From a virus (taxonomy: Duplodnaviria > Caudoviricetes), in IMG/VR virus record IMGVR_UViG_3300030419_006472, positions 1 through 64,000 of that record: a stretch of 64,000 nucleotides of DNA. One strand, 5' to 3'. The translations under genes and the position numbers were made by a program. Below are positions 19,333 through 29,331 of the stretch, piece after piece; the first letter of the stretch is position 1, and each line of letters opens with the position of its first letter. The notes beneath the pieces are model-generated. The model was not told the origin of the DNA. It saw nothing but the letters and a program-made list of their open reading frames with translations, and did no database searches.

Positions 19333-20970
19333 TTAAATAAAACGGTCTATAAAATAATCTGGCAATAAACTTCTATATTCAGGTAGTAATTTTCTTATAC
19401 CACCAGCGTCAATGACATACGTAGTACTATAGTCATTTTCGTCTCTCGTACATCTTCCACACTGTTGAATAAACGTAGTAAACATTTTATTTGTATACCA
19501 TTTATAATCATTTTTAGACATTTCTTTTACTCGTATGTCTCCTAAATCAGGCCATGGGCATTTAATAATAATACAAAATCGAGCCGCATCACCTTTCAAA
19601 TCAACCCCAAAACTTAACGACGGGCTAGCTAATACAGTAGGTTTCGAACTTTCAGAATGCTCGGTCAATATATCTATATTATCCTTATCACCTCTTATAC
19701 GATATAACACCCTATCATTTTTTAATTCGTTTTTTAATCTCAATGTCAAAGCATTTGACTGAGTGTGAATTAAACCTTTTACATCTTTATGCTCCTTTAA
19801 AATTTGATCTACACATTCAACAACTTTAGGAAAATATCTATCAATATTCTTTTTTGAAAGTTGAATAGTACCAAATACAATTGGTGACAGTTTCGGATCA
19901 AACGATGAAGGTAAATCTATATATTTAAAATCTTGCTCTTCTATACCTAAGTTTCTCATAACACGTCTATAATCGACGAATGTAGCAGACATAAGAAGTA
20001 CCTTATCAGCATATCTAAATAAATGCTGCGCTAATACATCAACCTTTTTAGGTATTAATTGTATATATTTTTTATTATAAATAGAAGTCTTATTAACAAT
20101 ATATTCAGATTGCTGCCAAGTATCAATAATAAGAGATAAGTCGCGCTTTAAATCTGCAATAAATTTAAACTCTTTCTTTACTGCATCACTTATAGTGTCA
20201 GAATGCTTCTCAAGCATACGGAGCAATTCAACATACCTACCTTCTAACTGACGATGTAAGTTAATTAAATTATTATAAAACCGTTTTCTGTTAGATGAAT
20301 ATAATAAACTAAAACTATACCTGTTTAATTTACCCAATTCAATACTACAACTAAACCGACTAACAATTATATTTTCTAATTCCGACGCCTCGTCACATAC
20401 AATAAGCTGTCTATATTTTAAATGATCAGGTTTGTGAAAGAAGCTAGAATAATTTTCTACACTTATTTTTGCAGTTATAGATTTATTTTTAGCTTCATAA
20501 TAATCACACCTATTACAATCCCAACATTCTCTTTTTAGTTTAGAACTAAAAGTACATGGAGCAGCATCGGCAGTACTTCGATCATCTAAATTACAAACAT
20601 ATGAACCTTTACCTTTAAGAGGTTTTATGTCTTTAAAATCTTTAGTGTATTGATCTTGTAATGCTTTTGTTGTTGTTAATATCGATGTGCCGTAATTTTT
20701 ATCAATAAAATCGTCTGCATATTCATAAACTAATTTACCATTATCCCATGATGTCTCAAACGCTCTATAATCGGAAACTAATTTTGATAACCTTGACGGT
20801 AATTTTTGTAATCCGTTTGCTATTGTTTTGGCAATAAAACTTTTTCCGCAGCCAGTAGGTCCCTGCATAACAACAAACTTGTGCTCTTTAAACGCATCAA
20901 GTATATTAGGGATAGCATACTGCTGACTCGAGGATGGAGTGTATCCTTTCGGGAAGTTTTTAATACCCAT
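19333..20970 (-). CDS. DinG/XPD-family SF2 helicase
   Basis: GPTGCGKS, TKALQDQY, Cys cluster, DEAS, MSAT, GVDL, QQCGRCTR. Confidence 0.85.
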   Translation of the reverse strand: MGIKNFPKGYTPSSSQQYAIPNILDAFKEHKFVVMQGPTGCGKSFIAKTIANGLQKLPSRLSKLVSDYRAFETSWDNGKLVYEYADDFIDKNYGTSILTTTKALQDQYTKDFKDIKPLKGKGSYVCNLDDRSTADAAPCTFSSKLKRECWDCNRCDYYEAKNKSITAKISVENYSSFFHKPDHLKYRQLIVCDEASELENIIVSRFSCSIELGKLNRYSFSLLYSSNRKRFYNNLINLHRQLEGRYVELLRMLEKHSDTISDAVKKEFKFIADLKRDLSLIIDTWQQSEYIVNKTSIYNKKYIQLIPKKVDVLAQHLFRYADKVLLMSATFVDYRRVMRNLGIEEQDFKYIDLPSSFDPKLSPIVFGTIQLSKKNIDRYFPKVVECVDQILKEHKDVKGLIHTQSNALTLRLKNELKNDRVLYRIRGDKDNIDILTEHSESSKPTVLASPSLSFGVDLKGDAARFCIIIKCPWPDLGDIRVKEMSKNDYKWYTNKMFTTFIQQCGRCTRDENDYSTTYVIDAGGIRKLLPEYRSLLPDYFIDRFI

Positions 20971-20976
20971 TCACAT

Positions 20977-21004
20977 ATTATAATATTTCTATAGAGAGAA
21001 GCAA
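20977..21004 (-). promoter_or_regulatory. Sigma70-type promoter of the helicase gene
   Basis: TTGCTT-N16-TATAAT-N6-ATG. Confidence 0.55.
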
Positions 21005-21304
21005 GTCGTAATATTTGTTACGTTTATTTTTGATCAACCGGTTAAGTCGAGCTTTCCATATAATATCATCTCGATGTATGTGTTGTAAGGTATAATCGAA
21101 ATATATAATTTTCTTTTCAGTAATAATATTAAAAGGATATAATAACTCTACTTTCTTATTATTATTAAAAAATAATTTAATATTAAAATCCTTTATATCA
21201 TATAACATAATTTGACCAGTACCGAGAGTACGTTTTTTCGATGTAATCTTAACATCGTGAAGTAATAACTTTTTTAATGTGTTATTAATATCTTCGTACG
21301 TCAT
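20978..21304 (-). CDS. Hypothetical protein
   Basis: 108-aa ORF coupled to its neighbours. Confidence 0.6.
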   Translation of the reverse strand: MTYEDINNTLKKLLLHDVKITSKKRTLGTGQIMLYDIKDFNIKLFFNNNKKVELLYPFNIITEKKIIYFDYTLQHIHRDDIIWKARLNRLIKNKRNKYYDLLLSIEIL

Positions 21305-21678
21305 GTATTCATAAAGGCCATTTTCTCACCTGCAGACATAGGTGCGATTTTTTCATTTATATATACCCAAAATGTTTCATCTGCTTCTAATGTACTAATT
21401 AAATCCACTGTGTCGCAATTTATAGTTCTATAATCTTGCATTATAATATCCCAAACTATAATTAAATTCTCTTGATTAGGATTATAATTCGGAGCTTGTC
21501 GCGGTGGGTCATAATTTAAAATAGTACGACCCTCTACGGAATTTAAAAGCTGTACATTATTAGTGCACAGCATTCGTCTAGTTGCTGGACGTCCAGGTTT
21601 AGGGTTCCGTCTTACAAACTTTACCTCACATACCTTATCTAATAATATACCTTTAAGATTAGCTAGACTGGTTATCAT
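21301..21678 (-). CDS. Sm-like SH3 beta-barrel protein (WYL_2/DUF2693-like)
   Basis: VCEVKFVRR...RRMLCT...LIIVWDI...YRTI pattern. Confidence 0.6.
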   Translation of the reverse strand: MITSLANLKGILLDKVCEVKFVRRNPKPGRPATRRMLCTNNVQLLNSVEGRTILNYDPPRQAPNYNPNQENLIIVWDIIMQDYRTINCDTVDLISTLEADETFWVYINEKIAPMSAGEKMAFMNT

Positions 21679-22144
21679 CGTCTTCTAAGTCCTGACAAAT
21701 TCCGAAAAAACGTTGTTCATTTAAAAATATACAATCCCTAAGAGAATTCTCATAACCTACTACTCGTAAATTATCAACCTTTATTCCCTTGTCGTCTGGA
21801 AAACAAACAACATCGCCAGGAGATGAATATTCACATCGAGGACCTACTAATATAACCCTAGCTAATCGCCATGTACGTTTAACTTGAGATAATGGAATAT
21901 GTATACCATTCCGTATAACAGACCGACCATCATTTGATAAGTCTACATATTGTGCTAAAACAATATCATCCATAACCTTACTCAACTTATATCCTTGAAG
22001 ACTAAATGTATCAGTATCTTGATATGTATCTAAATTGATTAAGCTACGCTTTACATCATGATCCAAAGCGTCCCGTTGACTATCAGTTAGATCTAACTTA
22101 TCTAATGCTTTGTCGTAATGTTTTTTCTTTATTTTCTCACTCAT
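21659..22144 (-). CDS. GroES-like co-chaperonin (gp31-like)
   Basis: DDIVL...GIHIP...ARVILVGP...GDVVCFP...FLNE pattern. Confidence 0.65.
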   Translation of the reverse strand: MSEKIKKKHYDKALDKLDLTDSQRDALDHDVKRSLINLDTYQDTDTFSLQGYKLSKVMDDIVLAQYVDLSNDGRSVIRNGIHIPLSQVKRTWRLARVILVGPRCEYSSPGDVVCFPDDKGIKVDNLRVVGYENSLRDCIFLNEQRFFGICQDLEDDDNQSS

Positions 22145-22517
22145 ATTTTTTAATATTTATCTTAAATGTTTCTGAATACAAATCTACCTCTCTTTGCGAC
22201 AATTCATATTGTTTACACACTCTTTCATACGCGGTTTTATCCTTTTTTATTTTTTTAGTATAGTTAATATATTTCCTTTTTGTTTTTGGAATTAAACAAT
22301 GCAGTAAATTATAATGATCAACATTTATACTAAAAACAGACCCATACATATTAACACTATTGTTTATTAATGGAACAAACCTAGCATCAGCAAATGTAAT
22401 ATATCTGTTAACTATATACGGAGAATAAATCTGCGCAGATGTTACGTCTATATCAATTTTACTTTGTTCAAATAAAATATTAGTTACAAAATCAAAAAAA
22501 TTATTCGCTTGTTTCAT
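22137..22517 (-). CDS. Clamp-loader small subunit (gp62-like)
   Basis: FFDFV..I, YSPYIVNRYI, HYNLL...IPK.KR, YELSQRE. Confidence 0.65.
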   Translation of the reverse strand: MKQANNFFDFVTNILFEQSKIDIDVTSAQIYSPYIVNRYITFADARFVPLINNSVNMYGSVFSINVDHYNLLHCLIPKTKRKYINYTKKIKKDKTAYERVCKQYELSQREVDLYSETFKINIKKYE

Positions 22518-22522
22518 ATCTG

Positions 22523-22663
22523 GAAATCCCTATAAGGATTTTTTCCCAATTTTTGCAAAAAAAATTTGGACTACGGTCGTAAGCTAAAAAACTAAAATTA
22601 CAAATCGCCAAATAGGGAAATCCCCGGGTTTTTGCGAAAAAAATTTGACCGCAGTACGTAACC
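22523..22663. repeat. Non-coding spacer with two imperfect direct repeats and A/T tracts
   Basis: GGAAATCCC occurs twice; TTTTTGCAAAAAAAATTTGGA vs TTTTTGCGAAAAAAATTTGAC; each copy ends near CGTAA. Confidence 0.5.
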
Positions 22664-23251
22664 TCATAGTGTTAATTTCGTTGTCGCAATAAACGCGTCA
22701 TCCGTCATGGAATAGTACAAATCCACCACAATTTTCATGAATTCCTCTACTTGATTATCGGTTAAATTAGTGGAAAACGCAAAAGATGGTGCCTTTTGAC
22801 CAGCTAGCACATTAATTGCCGTGTGACCAATCGCAACATTGTCTTTTGAATAGGTTATACTAACACTACACTTACCTTTTGGTTGTATAATGCCGTGTTG
22901 CTCAAATTCTTTATGTACGATTAAGTCATCACCATCAACTTCGATGGGAGCCTTCAAATATTTCGTCGACAACAAATTCGCAATTTGTGTGTTAAATAAT
23001 CTTTGAAAGAAAACAGCCCCAAGAGGACATAAATTAGGAAGCTCCCAACAAAAATTGACAGCGTCATCAGAGTAAATAAAATCATTGTTAAGAAGGTCTT
23101 CATTATCAATCATCCCCTCGGTTTCTACTTTCATTGGAGCACGAAACGCAATAATATTACCAATTGGGAGTGTTTTTTTACGAAAATATTTATAAGCAAA
23201 CCGACCGTGAATCAAATTTCCATCATAGATATCGATATCTTTTAAAATCAT
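22664..23251 (-). CDS. DUF366-family protein (biotin/lipoate-ligase / class II aaRS-like fold)
   Basis: YDG, IIAFRAP, MID.ED, SDD, FQRL, DGDDL, KCSVSI, HTAINV match my recollection of DUF366. Confidence 0.75.
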   Translation of the reverse strand: MILKDIDIYDGNLIHGRFAYKYFRKKTLPIGNIIAFRAPMKVETEGMIDNEDLLNNDFIYSDDAVNFCWELPNLCPLGAVFFQRLFNTQIANLLSTKYLKAPIEVDGDDLIVHKEFEQHGIIQPKGKCSVSITYSKDNVAIGHTAINVLAGQKAPSFAFSTNLTDNQVEEFMKIVVDLYYSMTDDAFIATTKLTL

Positions 23252-23258
23252 GCTAAAT

Positions 23259-23286
23259 ATTATAGATTACCCGCAAAAATAATCAA
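23259..23286 (-). promoter_or_regulatory. Sigma70-type promoter of the DUF366 operon
   Basis: TTGATT-N16-TATAAT-N7-ATG. Confidence 0.65.
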
Positions 23287-23287
23287 C

Positions 23288-24172
23288 ATGAAAGTGCAGT
23301 TATTTTCAATAATTTGTTTAGATGAAGATGAATATCCAGATTTAAATTTATATAGACATTTTATAGATCATTACAAGAGTTTAGGGATAAAAAGTAAACA
23401 CTTTAATATTATACCATGCGGGGTTGATTCATATAAGGAAAACTTCGAAAAATTTAAAAATATAAACTCCCGTCATAACATAACCACCTTAGAATTGCTC
23501 CCTAAAAAATATGACATAAAAGAGTCGCATAAAATATACTTAAATTGGCGTGATAAACTGGATCCAGAGGAGTGGGTTATTAGACCAGATCCAGATGAAT
23601 TCAACGACTACGGTCCATTCGATAAAATACAAGAATGTGCACAGTATTTGGAAGAAAATAACTATCAAGCACTACAAGGTGAATTAATGGATTGCGTTGC
23701 TAAAGATCTTGTCTTACATAAAGTACAATACCCAGAAAATTTATTCATGCAATTCCCGATCCGAGCCAATATAACAAAATTTTTTATAAACCCACTAACT
23801 GACAAGCTCTTATTATTTAAAGCGAAAGTAGAATTCCAGCAAGGACACCATCATGTTGTATGGAACCCAAAAAGAGAGGCGATAGCAAAATCAGAAGATA
23901 TTATATGGGATGAAAAGGCGTCAATCTCTGGTGTGAAAATACGATATAATACATCTGAGTATTGGAACCGACCACCGTCACCAACACCGGGAATATATGA
24001 AACAAATTTCAAAGCATTTCATTTTAAATGGACGGACGTATTAGTGCGCAGATTGGAAAACACACAACATAAAAACTTATATGTATCCTTTGGTAAAGAC
24101 AGAAAAAACACTAACGACATTATAAAGGGAAATAAATTTAATATTGTAATTAAAGAGGTCGAAACCGTGTAA
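23288..24172 (+). CDS. GT-A glycosyltransferase (GT2-like/GT92-like)
   Basis: FIDHYKSLG, WVIRPDPDEF (DxD), GHH, HFKW. Confidence 0.7.
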   Translation: MKVQLFSIICLDEDEYPDLNLYRHFIDHYKSLGIKSKHFNIIPCGVDSYKENFEKFKNINSRHNITTLELLPKKYDIKESHKIYLNWRDKLDPEEWVIRPDPDEFNDYGPFDKIQECAQYLEENNYQALQGELMDCVAKDLVLHKVQYPENLFMQFPIRANITKFFINPLTDKLLLFKAKVEFQQGHHHVVWNPKREAIAKSEDIIWDEKASISGVKIRYNTSEYWNRPPSPTPGIYETNFKAFHFKWTDVLVRRLENTQHKNLYVSFGKDRKNTNDIIKGNKFNIVIKEVETV

Positions 24173-25007
24173 AATCATATATCTCATCTTTCGCAAAAGA
24201 GGCAGATTTTTCAACTTTCTCTACTTCTTTTGTCCACGGGACATGAATACCAGAATCTAAACATTTTACTGCTCTACCGTAGTATTCATCTTTTGACATC
24301 TGTTTGCTGTTAACACATCGATTACCACCTGGATGATAAAAATATGGTTTCTTGAAATTATAAGTTATATCATCAGTAGTCCAGCTTACATAGTCAGAAA
24401 TATCAGATCGTATGTTTTTCAAAGTAGTATATTTTTTTAAGACTGTACCCAACCTTAACTCACTAAACATATGCTCATAAAAATATTTGTTTTTTATAAT
24501 TTCATTTCTATAATTTTTTAATGTACTGTTGTTAAAACTAACACATGTAGTCTGACCACCAGCACCATAATCGTCATCATACATAGAGACATCTCTATGT
24601 TGATCTATAAAGCTTTCGAACTTTTGAATCCAAACCCAAGCTTGACCTGGATTATTATCAACATTACAGCCTAGAAAATCTTCCCCTTCTATGTCGAAAA
24701 AGTCTAAAACCGGTATGTTGAATATAGTATCGTATTCTACGAAGAAATAATAATCATACTTCGGTTTATGTCTATATGCTTCACAAAATAATAAATCAGC
24801 TTCTGACCATTCCACTGGAAGGGCACCCTCAATACAAGAATTCGAAGGGTATTTATCCTTTTTCGCAATTAACGATCCTGGTAGTAATTTATTACCTTTA
24901 AAACCAATACTATAAATATCCCACTGAGGGTTTAACTTCCGAAGCTTTTTAAATGTATCACGTACAAACTCGTCTTCATAATGGTGTGTGTAAAAAATAG
25001 CATTCAC
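24150..25007 (-). CDS. Putative GT-A glycosyltransferase
   Basis: YDYYFFVEYD motif, ELRLGT, YHP; located in the glycan island. Confidence 0.55.
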   Translation of the reverse strand: MNAIFYTHHYEDEFVRDTFKKLRKLNPQWDIYSIGFKGNKLLPGSLIAKKDKYPSNSCIEGALPVEWSEADLLFCEAYRHKPKYDYYFFVEYDTIFNIPVLDFFDIEGEDFLGCNVDNNPGQAWVWIQKFESFIDQHRDVSMYDDDYGAGGQTTCVSFNNSTLKNYRNEIIKNKYFYEHMFSELRLGTVLKKYTTLKNIRSDISDYVSWTTDDITYNFKKPYFYHPGGNRCVNSKQMSKDEYYGRAVKCLDSGIHVPWTKEVEKVEKSASFAKDEIYDFTRFRPL

Positions 25008-25068
25008 AGGTAATGTAAAAAATAGTATATGTTACTTTAAAATGAAAATCCAGTGATTAAATATTTAT

Positions 25069-25662
25069 ATGTCAGAGACACCCCCATGGGTACCGACCGG
25101 GCCTTTCGATTTAAATAACGTTGTTTTATCTTCTTGGGAATTTATATACGATAATGGTGGTTGGGAAGAACAAGGTTCCGGACCAGGTAGTACAGTAGCT
25201 AATAGCGGTGAACTAATAACTTGGATAAAAAACTTTATAACTACTAATAACTGTTCTAGTATGGTTGACGTAGGGTGTGGCGATATGCAATGGACAGCTC
25301 AAGTATTAAAAGCAAATCCCTTAGTAGCGTATACCGGTATAGATTGGGTCTCTACTGTATGTAATACAAATAAAACCAACCACCCAACACATACATTTCT
25401 AACTCAAAATTTCATGCTTTCTACTTTTAGTAACAGTAATACGTATGACATGTTAATATGTAAAGATGTATTACAACATCAATGGAATGGTGTAGATCAA
25501 ATAATTACTAATATAGGAAATATTAATGCTGAACATTCTATCTTTATTGTACCGACAGTAGCAGACAGCATTCTAGAAAGTAAATTAGTAGCAGCAGGTT
25601 ATACATTATCTACGACAGTGTCTTCAGATGAAGAGAAAAGTATATTCTTAAAGTCTACTTAA
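25069..25662 (+). CDS. Class I SAM-dependent methyltransferase
   Basis: SGPGS, VDVGCGD, YTGID, DMLICKDVLQH; own TAAATA. Confidence 0.85.
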   Translation: MSETPPWVPTGPFDLNNVVLSSWEFIYDNGGWEEQGSGPGSTVANSGELITWIKNFITTNNCSSMVDVGCGDMQWTAQVLKANPLVAYTGIDWVSTVCNTNKTNHPTHTFLTQNFMLSTFSNSNTYDMLICKDVLQHQWNGVDQIITNIGNINAEHSIFIVPTVADSILESKLVAAGYTLSTTVSSDEEKSIFLKST

Positions 25663-26449
25663 AATAACCTGCCTGGTGATTGTCCCGTTTATACCTCTGA
25701 GGACGTGTCATATACTTTTTGCTAATTTGTTTTTCGTTGTCAATTTGACTTTCAAATATTGTATTGTCGCATAGAAATGGTCGAAAGACATATGCATTAT
25801 AAAATTTTCTAGCAAAAATATTATTAGAAAGCGATGCAGTAATACCGTCGGATGGAAGGATTATAGGGTAATATTTCCATAATAAATGCTTTGCTGTTTC
25901 TATAGTTAAAGCGTAACAAACAGTACCACCATGTTCCCTATAACCGATGTAAAAATAATCATTAAACTGCCTTCTTTTTTTACTTAAGTTCGGCTCACGA
26001 ACTCCTTCGAAATCTCTCCAAGAATGAAAATGAATGATGTCCCAGTCATCAGGTATATATTCCTTCCACTCTAATGCATTGTTACATAATTCCTCATTAA
26101 CAATAGCGTCATCTTCTATTACAAGAAAATTATTTACATTATCATCAATCGCTGTTTTATATGCTTTAAGATGACCATATGAACAACATATTTCAGCTAA
26201 AGATATTGGATGAGGAGAGCCAGAAACATGACGTGTATTGTCATATTTAGCTGACGCCTCCATCCATAATTTTTTAAACCTAAATTTTCGATTTTTTTTA
26301 CCCTTAACCGTTAGGTTATCTGGAACGATACTACGAATGAACTTATAGTTTTCAATATTACATTTTTTAAAATGATCCTTAATATACTCTTTACGCATAG
26401 GATCTCTACCCCACACTACATATATTTTATCAAATAGTGTGTCGAGCAT
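25655..26449 (-). CDS. Glycosyltransferase family 25
   Basis: FDKIYV, EICCSYGH, LVIEDDA, DWDIIH, GTVCYAL...A. Confidence 0.85.
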   Translation of the reverse strand: MLDTLFDKIYVVWGRDPMRKEYIKDHFKKCNIENYKFIRSIVPDNLTVKGKKNRKFRFKKLWMEASAKYDNTRHVSGSPHPISLAEICCSYGHLKAYKTAIDDNVNNFLVIEDDAIVNEELCNNALEWKEYIPDDWDIIHFHSWRDFEGVREPNLSKKRRQFNDYFYIGYREHGGTVCYALTIETAKHLLWKYYPIILPSDGITASLSNNIFARKFYNAYVFRPFLCDNTIFESQIDNEKQISKKYMTRPQRYKRDNHQAGYFK

Positions 26450-26467
26450 TTTTTAAAAAATAAAAAA

Positions 26468-26947
26468 CTATCGCAATAGAGTTTCTTTATAACCTAGCAT
26501 TTCCCATGTATCGGCTTCCGCGGACCAATAAACAACAATACCAATTGGAAGCTCGGCGGTATCAACAAACTCATCATTAACGATACCCTTTTTAATCTTT
26601 GATTTTTCTACAAGAAAAACCTTTTCCTTAAAGTAAATAGCTTGACACTTCCGCTTATACTTTATTTCATACGCTTCCTTATCAGGTACTTTAGTCCAGT
26701 CCCAAATTAACGGATTCCAAAAAACTGAAAGATTAGGTTTAACCTTTGCTTGAATTGTCTTAGTCCCTAAAAATGAGATTTCTTGTATATCTTTTTTACC
26801 GGGCTTATATGCAGATCCATTGTAAAAAATATCTACATTTTCGAACATACTATCAGTAAGAGGATCCTTGAGGTCACCTGGATCAACATCCTTTGTGGCG
26901 GCTCTCTTTGTTTTAGGTTTAGTCTTTGTTGTCTTAGTTGCAGTCAT
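26468..26947 (-). CDS. Hypothetical protein
   Basis: 159-aa ORF with no recognised motif. Confidence 0.55.
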   Translation of the reverse strand: MTATKTTKTKPKTKRAATKDVDPGDLKDPLTDSMFENVDIFYNGSAYKPGKKDIQEISFLGTKTIQAKVKPNLSVFWNPLIWDWTKVPDKEAYEIKYKRKCQAIYFKEKVFLVEKSKIKKGIVNDEFVDTAELPIGIVVYWSAEADTWEMLGYKETLLR

Positions 26948-26990
26948 AATTAGTATTGAAATAAGTGTTCATTCTTGTAATTAATTATAC

Positions 26991-28040
26991 ATGTCAGATG
27001 ATCTTTCAACTAGGTTTTGCGACCGGCCATGGACTTTTTTAGAAATACAAGAAAAAGGATTATATAACTGCTGTCCGCGCTGGGTAAACCTTAATAAAAT
27101 AGGAGAAATTACACCAGATTTAGATTTTGCTAAAGAATGGAACAGCGAAGCTAGTAAAGCGTTTCGTCGTAGTATTCTAGATGGGTCTTTTAGTATGTGT
27201 AATAAAGAGGAATGCCCTATGATTCAAAATAAATCACTACCAAAACGTGAAGACGTATTAAATGGATCACACGGTACTAAATTACAACAAACTGTAGAAT
27301 GGGATTTAGATATAGCTGACTTACCTTCTACTATTAATCTATGTTATGATAGATCTTGTAATTTAGAGTGTCCTAGCTGTAGAAAGCAGAAAATTTTCTA
27401 TAACAAGAAAAACTATCCCCGTCAATATGAACATGCGTTACGAGTTAACGACAAATTACTAAGAATGATTCATAGTAAGCCTCATGACGTTACTCTTAAT
27501 ATTACGGGTTCTGGTGACCCATTTGGATCACCGTCGTTTTTTGAGTTAATGAAAAAAATTAACCCGCGTCTAAACCCAAAAATTACCTTAATGCTACAAA
27601 CAAACGGTGTATTATGGGATCGACAGAGATGGGCAAAATTAAAAAATATACATAATTTACAAATAAAAACTATTATTAGTTTAGATGCGGGTATAAAAGA
27701 GCATTACGATAAAGTTAGAGTAGGAGGAGACTGGGACCGATTGATGAAGAATTTAGAATTTATTAAATCTCTCCAATTACCATGGGTTAGACTAGATATG
27801 TGTGTACAAAAAAACAACTATCAAAGTATACCTGAATTTATTAAAATAGCTGAACACCATAATTTTAATTCTTATACATCTAGGATATTTAATTGGGGTA
27901 CATTTAAAGAAGATCAGTTTAACGAGCACAATATTTTTGATACAAAACACCCGGAGCATAAAAAATTACTAGAAATAATAAACAAGGAATATGATAGCCC
28001 TAGACATGATTGGGGAAACTTGACTGACTTTAGAACATGA
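26991..28040 (+). CDS. Radical SAM protein with SPASM/twitch-type Cys cluster
   Basis: CNLECPSC, GSGDPF, LQTNG, ISLDA; N-terminal C..PW...NCC...C. Confidence 0.85.
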   Translation: MSDDLSTRFCDRPWTFLEIQEKGLYNCCPRWVNLNKIGEITPDLDFAKEWNSEASKAFRRSILDGSFSMCNKEECPMIQNKSLPKREDVLNGSHGTKLQQTVEWDLDIADLPSTINLCYDRSCNLECPSCRKQKIFYNKKNYPRQYEHALRVNDKLLRMIHSKPHDVTLNITGSGDPFGSPSFFELMKKINPRLNPKITLMLQTNGVLWDRQRWAKLKNIHNLQIKTIISLDAGIKEHYDKVRVGGDWDRLMKNLEFIKSLQLPWVRLDMCVQKNNYQSIPEFIKIAEHHNFNSYTSRIFNWGTFKEDQFNEHNIFDTKHPEHKKLLEIINKEYDSPRHDWGNLTDFRT

Positions 28041-29329
28041 AATTAGCAGTAGTATTATTTGGACAACCCCGATTTTGGGATTTAAGCTATAAGAGTATTA
28101 TACAAGAAACTACTTTCGATAATAGTACTACGGATTATTACTTTCACTTTTGGGATAAAATAGCGTATAATACTGACGATCCAGAATATAAATTAACCGA
28201 TACAGACAAGGCAAATATAGTAGATGCCTATAAACCTAAAAACTATTCCTTTTCTGATTATTCTATATTAGAAGAAACATGCGATGATGTATACCGTATA
28301 GTAAAAAAACAGAAAAAAGAATTAAACAAATTTTTAGATGAAAAACACGGTACACCAGAAAAAGAATTACTACCAACAGATACTATAGAAGATATTATAA
28401 ACAATGTTCGAACACTTAACAATGATAATATACAGAGACACGCCAGTCGTTTAAGGAAGACTATTTTTGAAGTCACACAACCGAAAAATTTAACATATTT
28501 TCTTGGTCAGTTTGTATCATTACAAGAGGGAGCGAAGTTGGTAGAAGAAGAAGGAGAGGAATATGATTATATTTTTAGATTAAGAACGGATGTATTATTT
28601 GTTACTCCTGACTTATATAAAAATAAAACAGATTACCTAAATGATAAACAATTATTTTATAATAGAATAGAAAATTTAGATAAAGGTATTTTCTGTAGAA
28701 CCGGGGATTTGCAAATCTGGGAAGGATCATGTCATTCAGACGATGTAGGTGTAAAAAATAAATCTGGGTTACCAAACTACGGACCTAAGGAAAGAATTTT
28801 TTGTAGTAGATTTAAGTATGCGAATAACAAAATGACAGCAAGGCCACATAAATCGAGCATAACGAAGAAGCTACATACATCGAATAGTAAAAATACAAAA
28901 TCTCATACATATAACCCTGAAACACAATACTTACACATGAAAGACTGGTTTATGGTAGGATCTGGTTCAGAAATGTTATTAAGTATGAAACAATATGTTA
29001 ACACTATTATACATTTAATTAAAAAATCTAAACAATTCCTCATAGATAACGGTATAGATAATAATTGGGCGGCTGGGGAGCTCGTATGCGGAGAAGTTTT
29101 AGGGTTAAATGGTATAAGTGCTGCAGAATTAGGTTTTGAGCATTATGGTGAAATGATTATTCCTAATCGATTTATAAAAATTGCTAATGACCATACTAAA
29201 GAATTTATTTTAAACCGACCTCATGTTAGAGTATTAGCGGATTCTGATATACCAGTAGAAGAACAATATAAGGAATTAATACAAACTTTTTATATGAAGC
29301 CTCATATGAAAGATAAAATAAACATTTAG
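28037..29329 (+). CDS. Putative glycosyltransferase, 'GQPR' family paralog 1
   Basis: AVVLFGQPRF, YYFHFWD, GQF.S, YDYIFRLRTD, DWF. Confidence 0.6.
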   Translation: MKLAVVLFGQPRFWDLSYKSIIQETTFDNSTTDYYFHFWDKIAYNTDDPEYKLTDTDKANIVDAYKPKNYSFSDYSILEETCDDVYRIVKKQKKELNKFLDEKHGTPEKELLPTDTIEDIINNVRTLNNDNIQRHASRLRKTIFEVTQPKNLTYFLGQFVSLQEGAKLVEEEGEEYDYIFRLRTDVLFVTPDLYKNKTDYLNDKQLFYNRIENLDKGIFCRTGDLQIWEGSCHSDDVGVKNKSGLPNYGPKERIFCSRFKYANNKMTARPHKSSITKKLHTSNSKNTKSHTYNPETQYLHMKDWFMVGSGSEMLLSMKQYVNTIIHLIKKSKQFLIDNGIDNNWAAGELVCGEVLGLNGISAAELGFEHYGEMIIPNRFIKIANDHTKEFILNRPHVRVLADSDIPVEEQYKELIQTFYMKPHMKDKINI

Positions 29330-29331
29330 GC

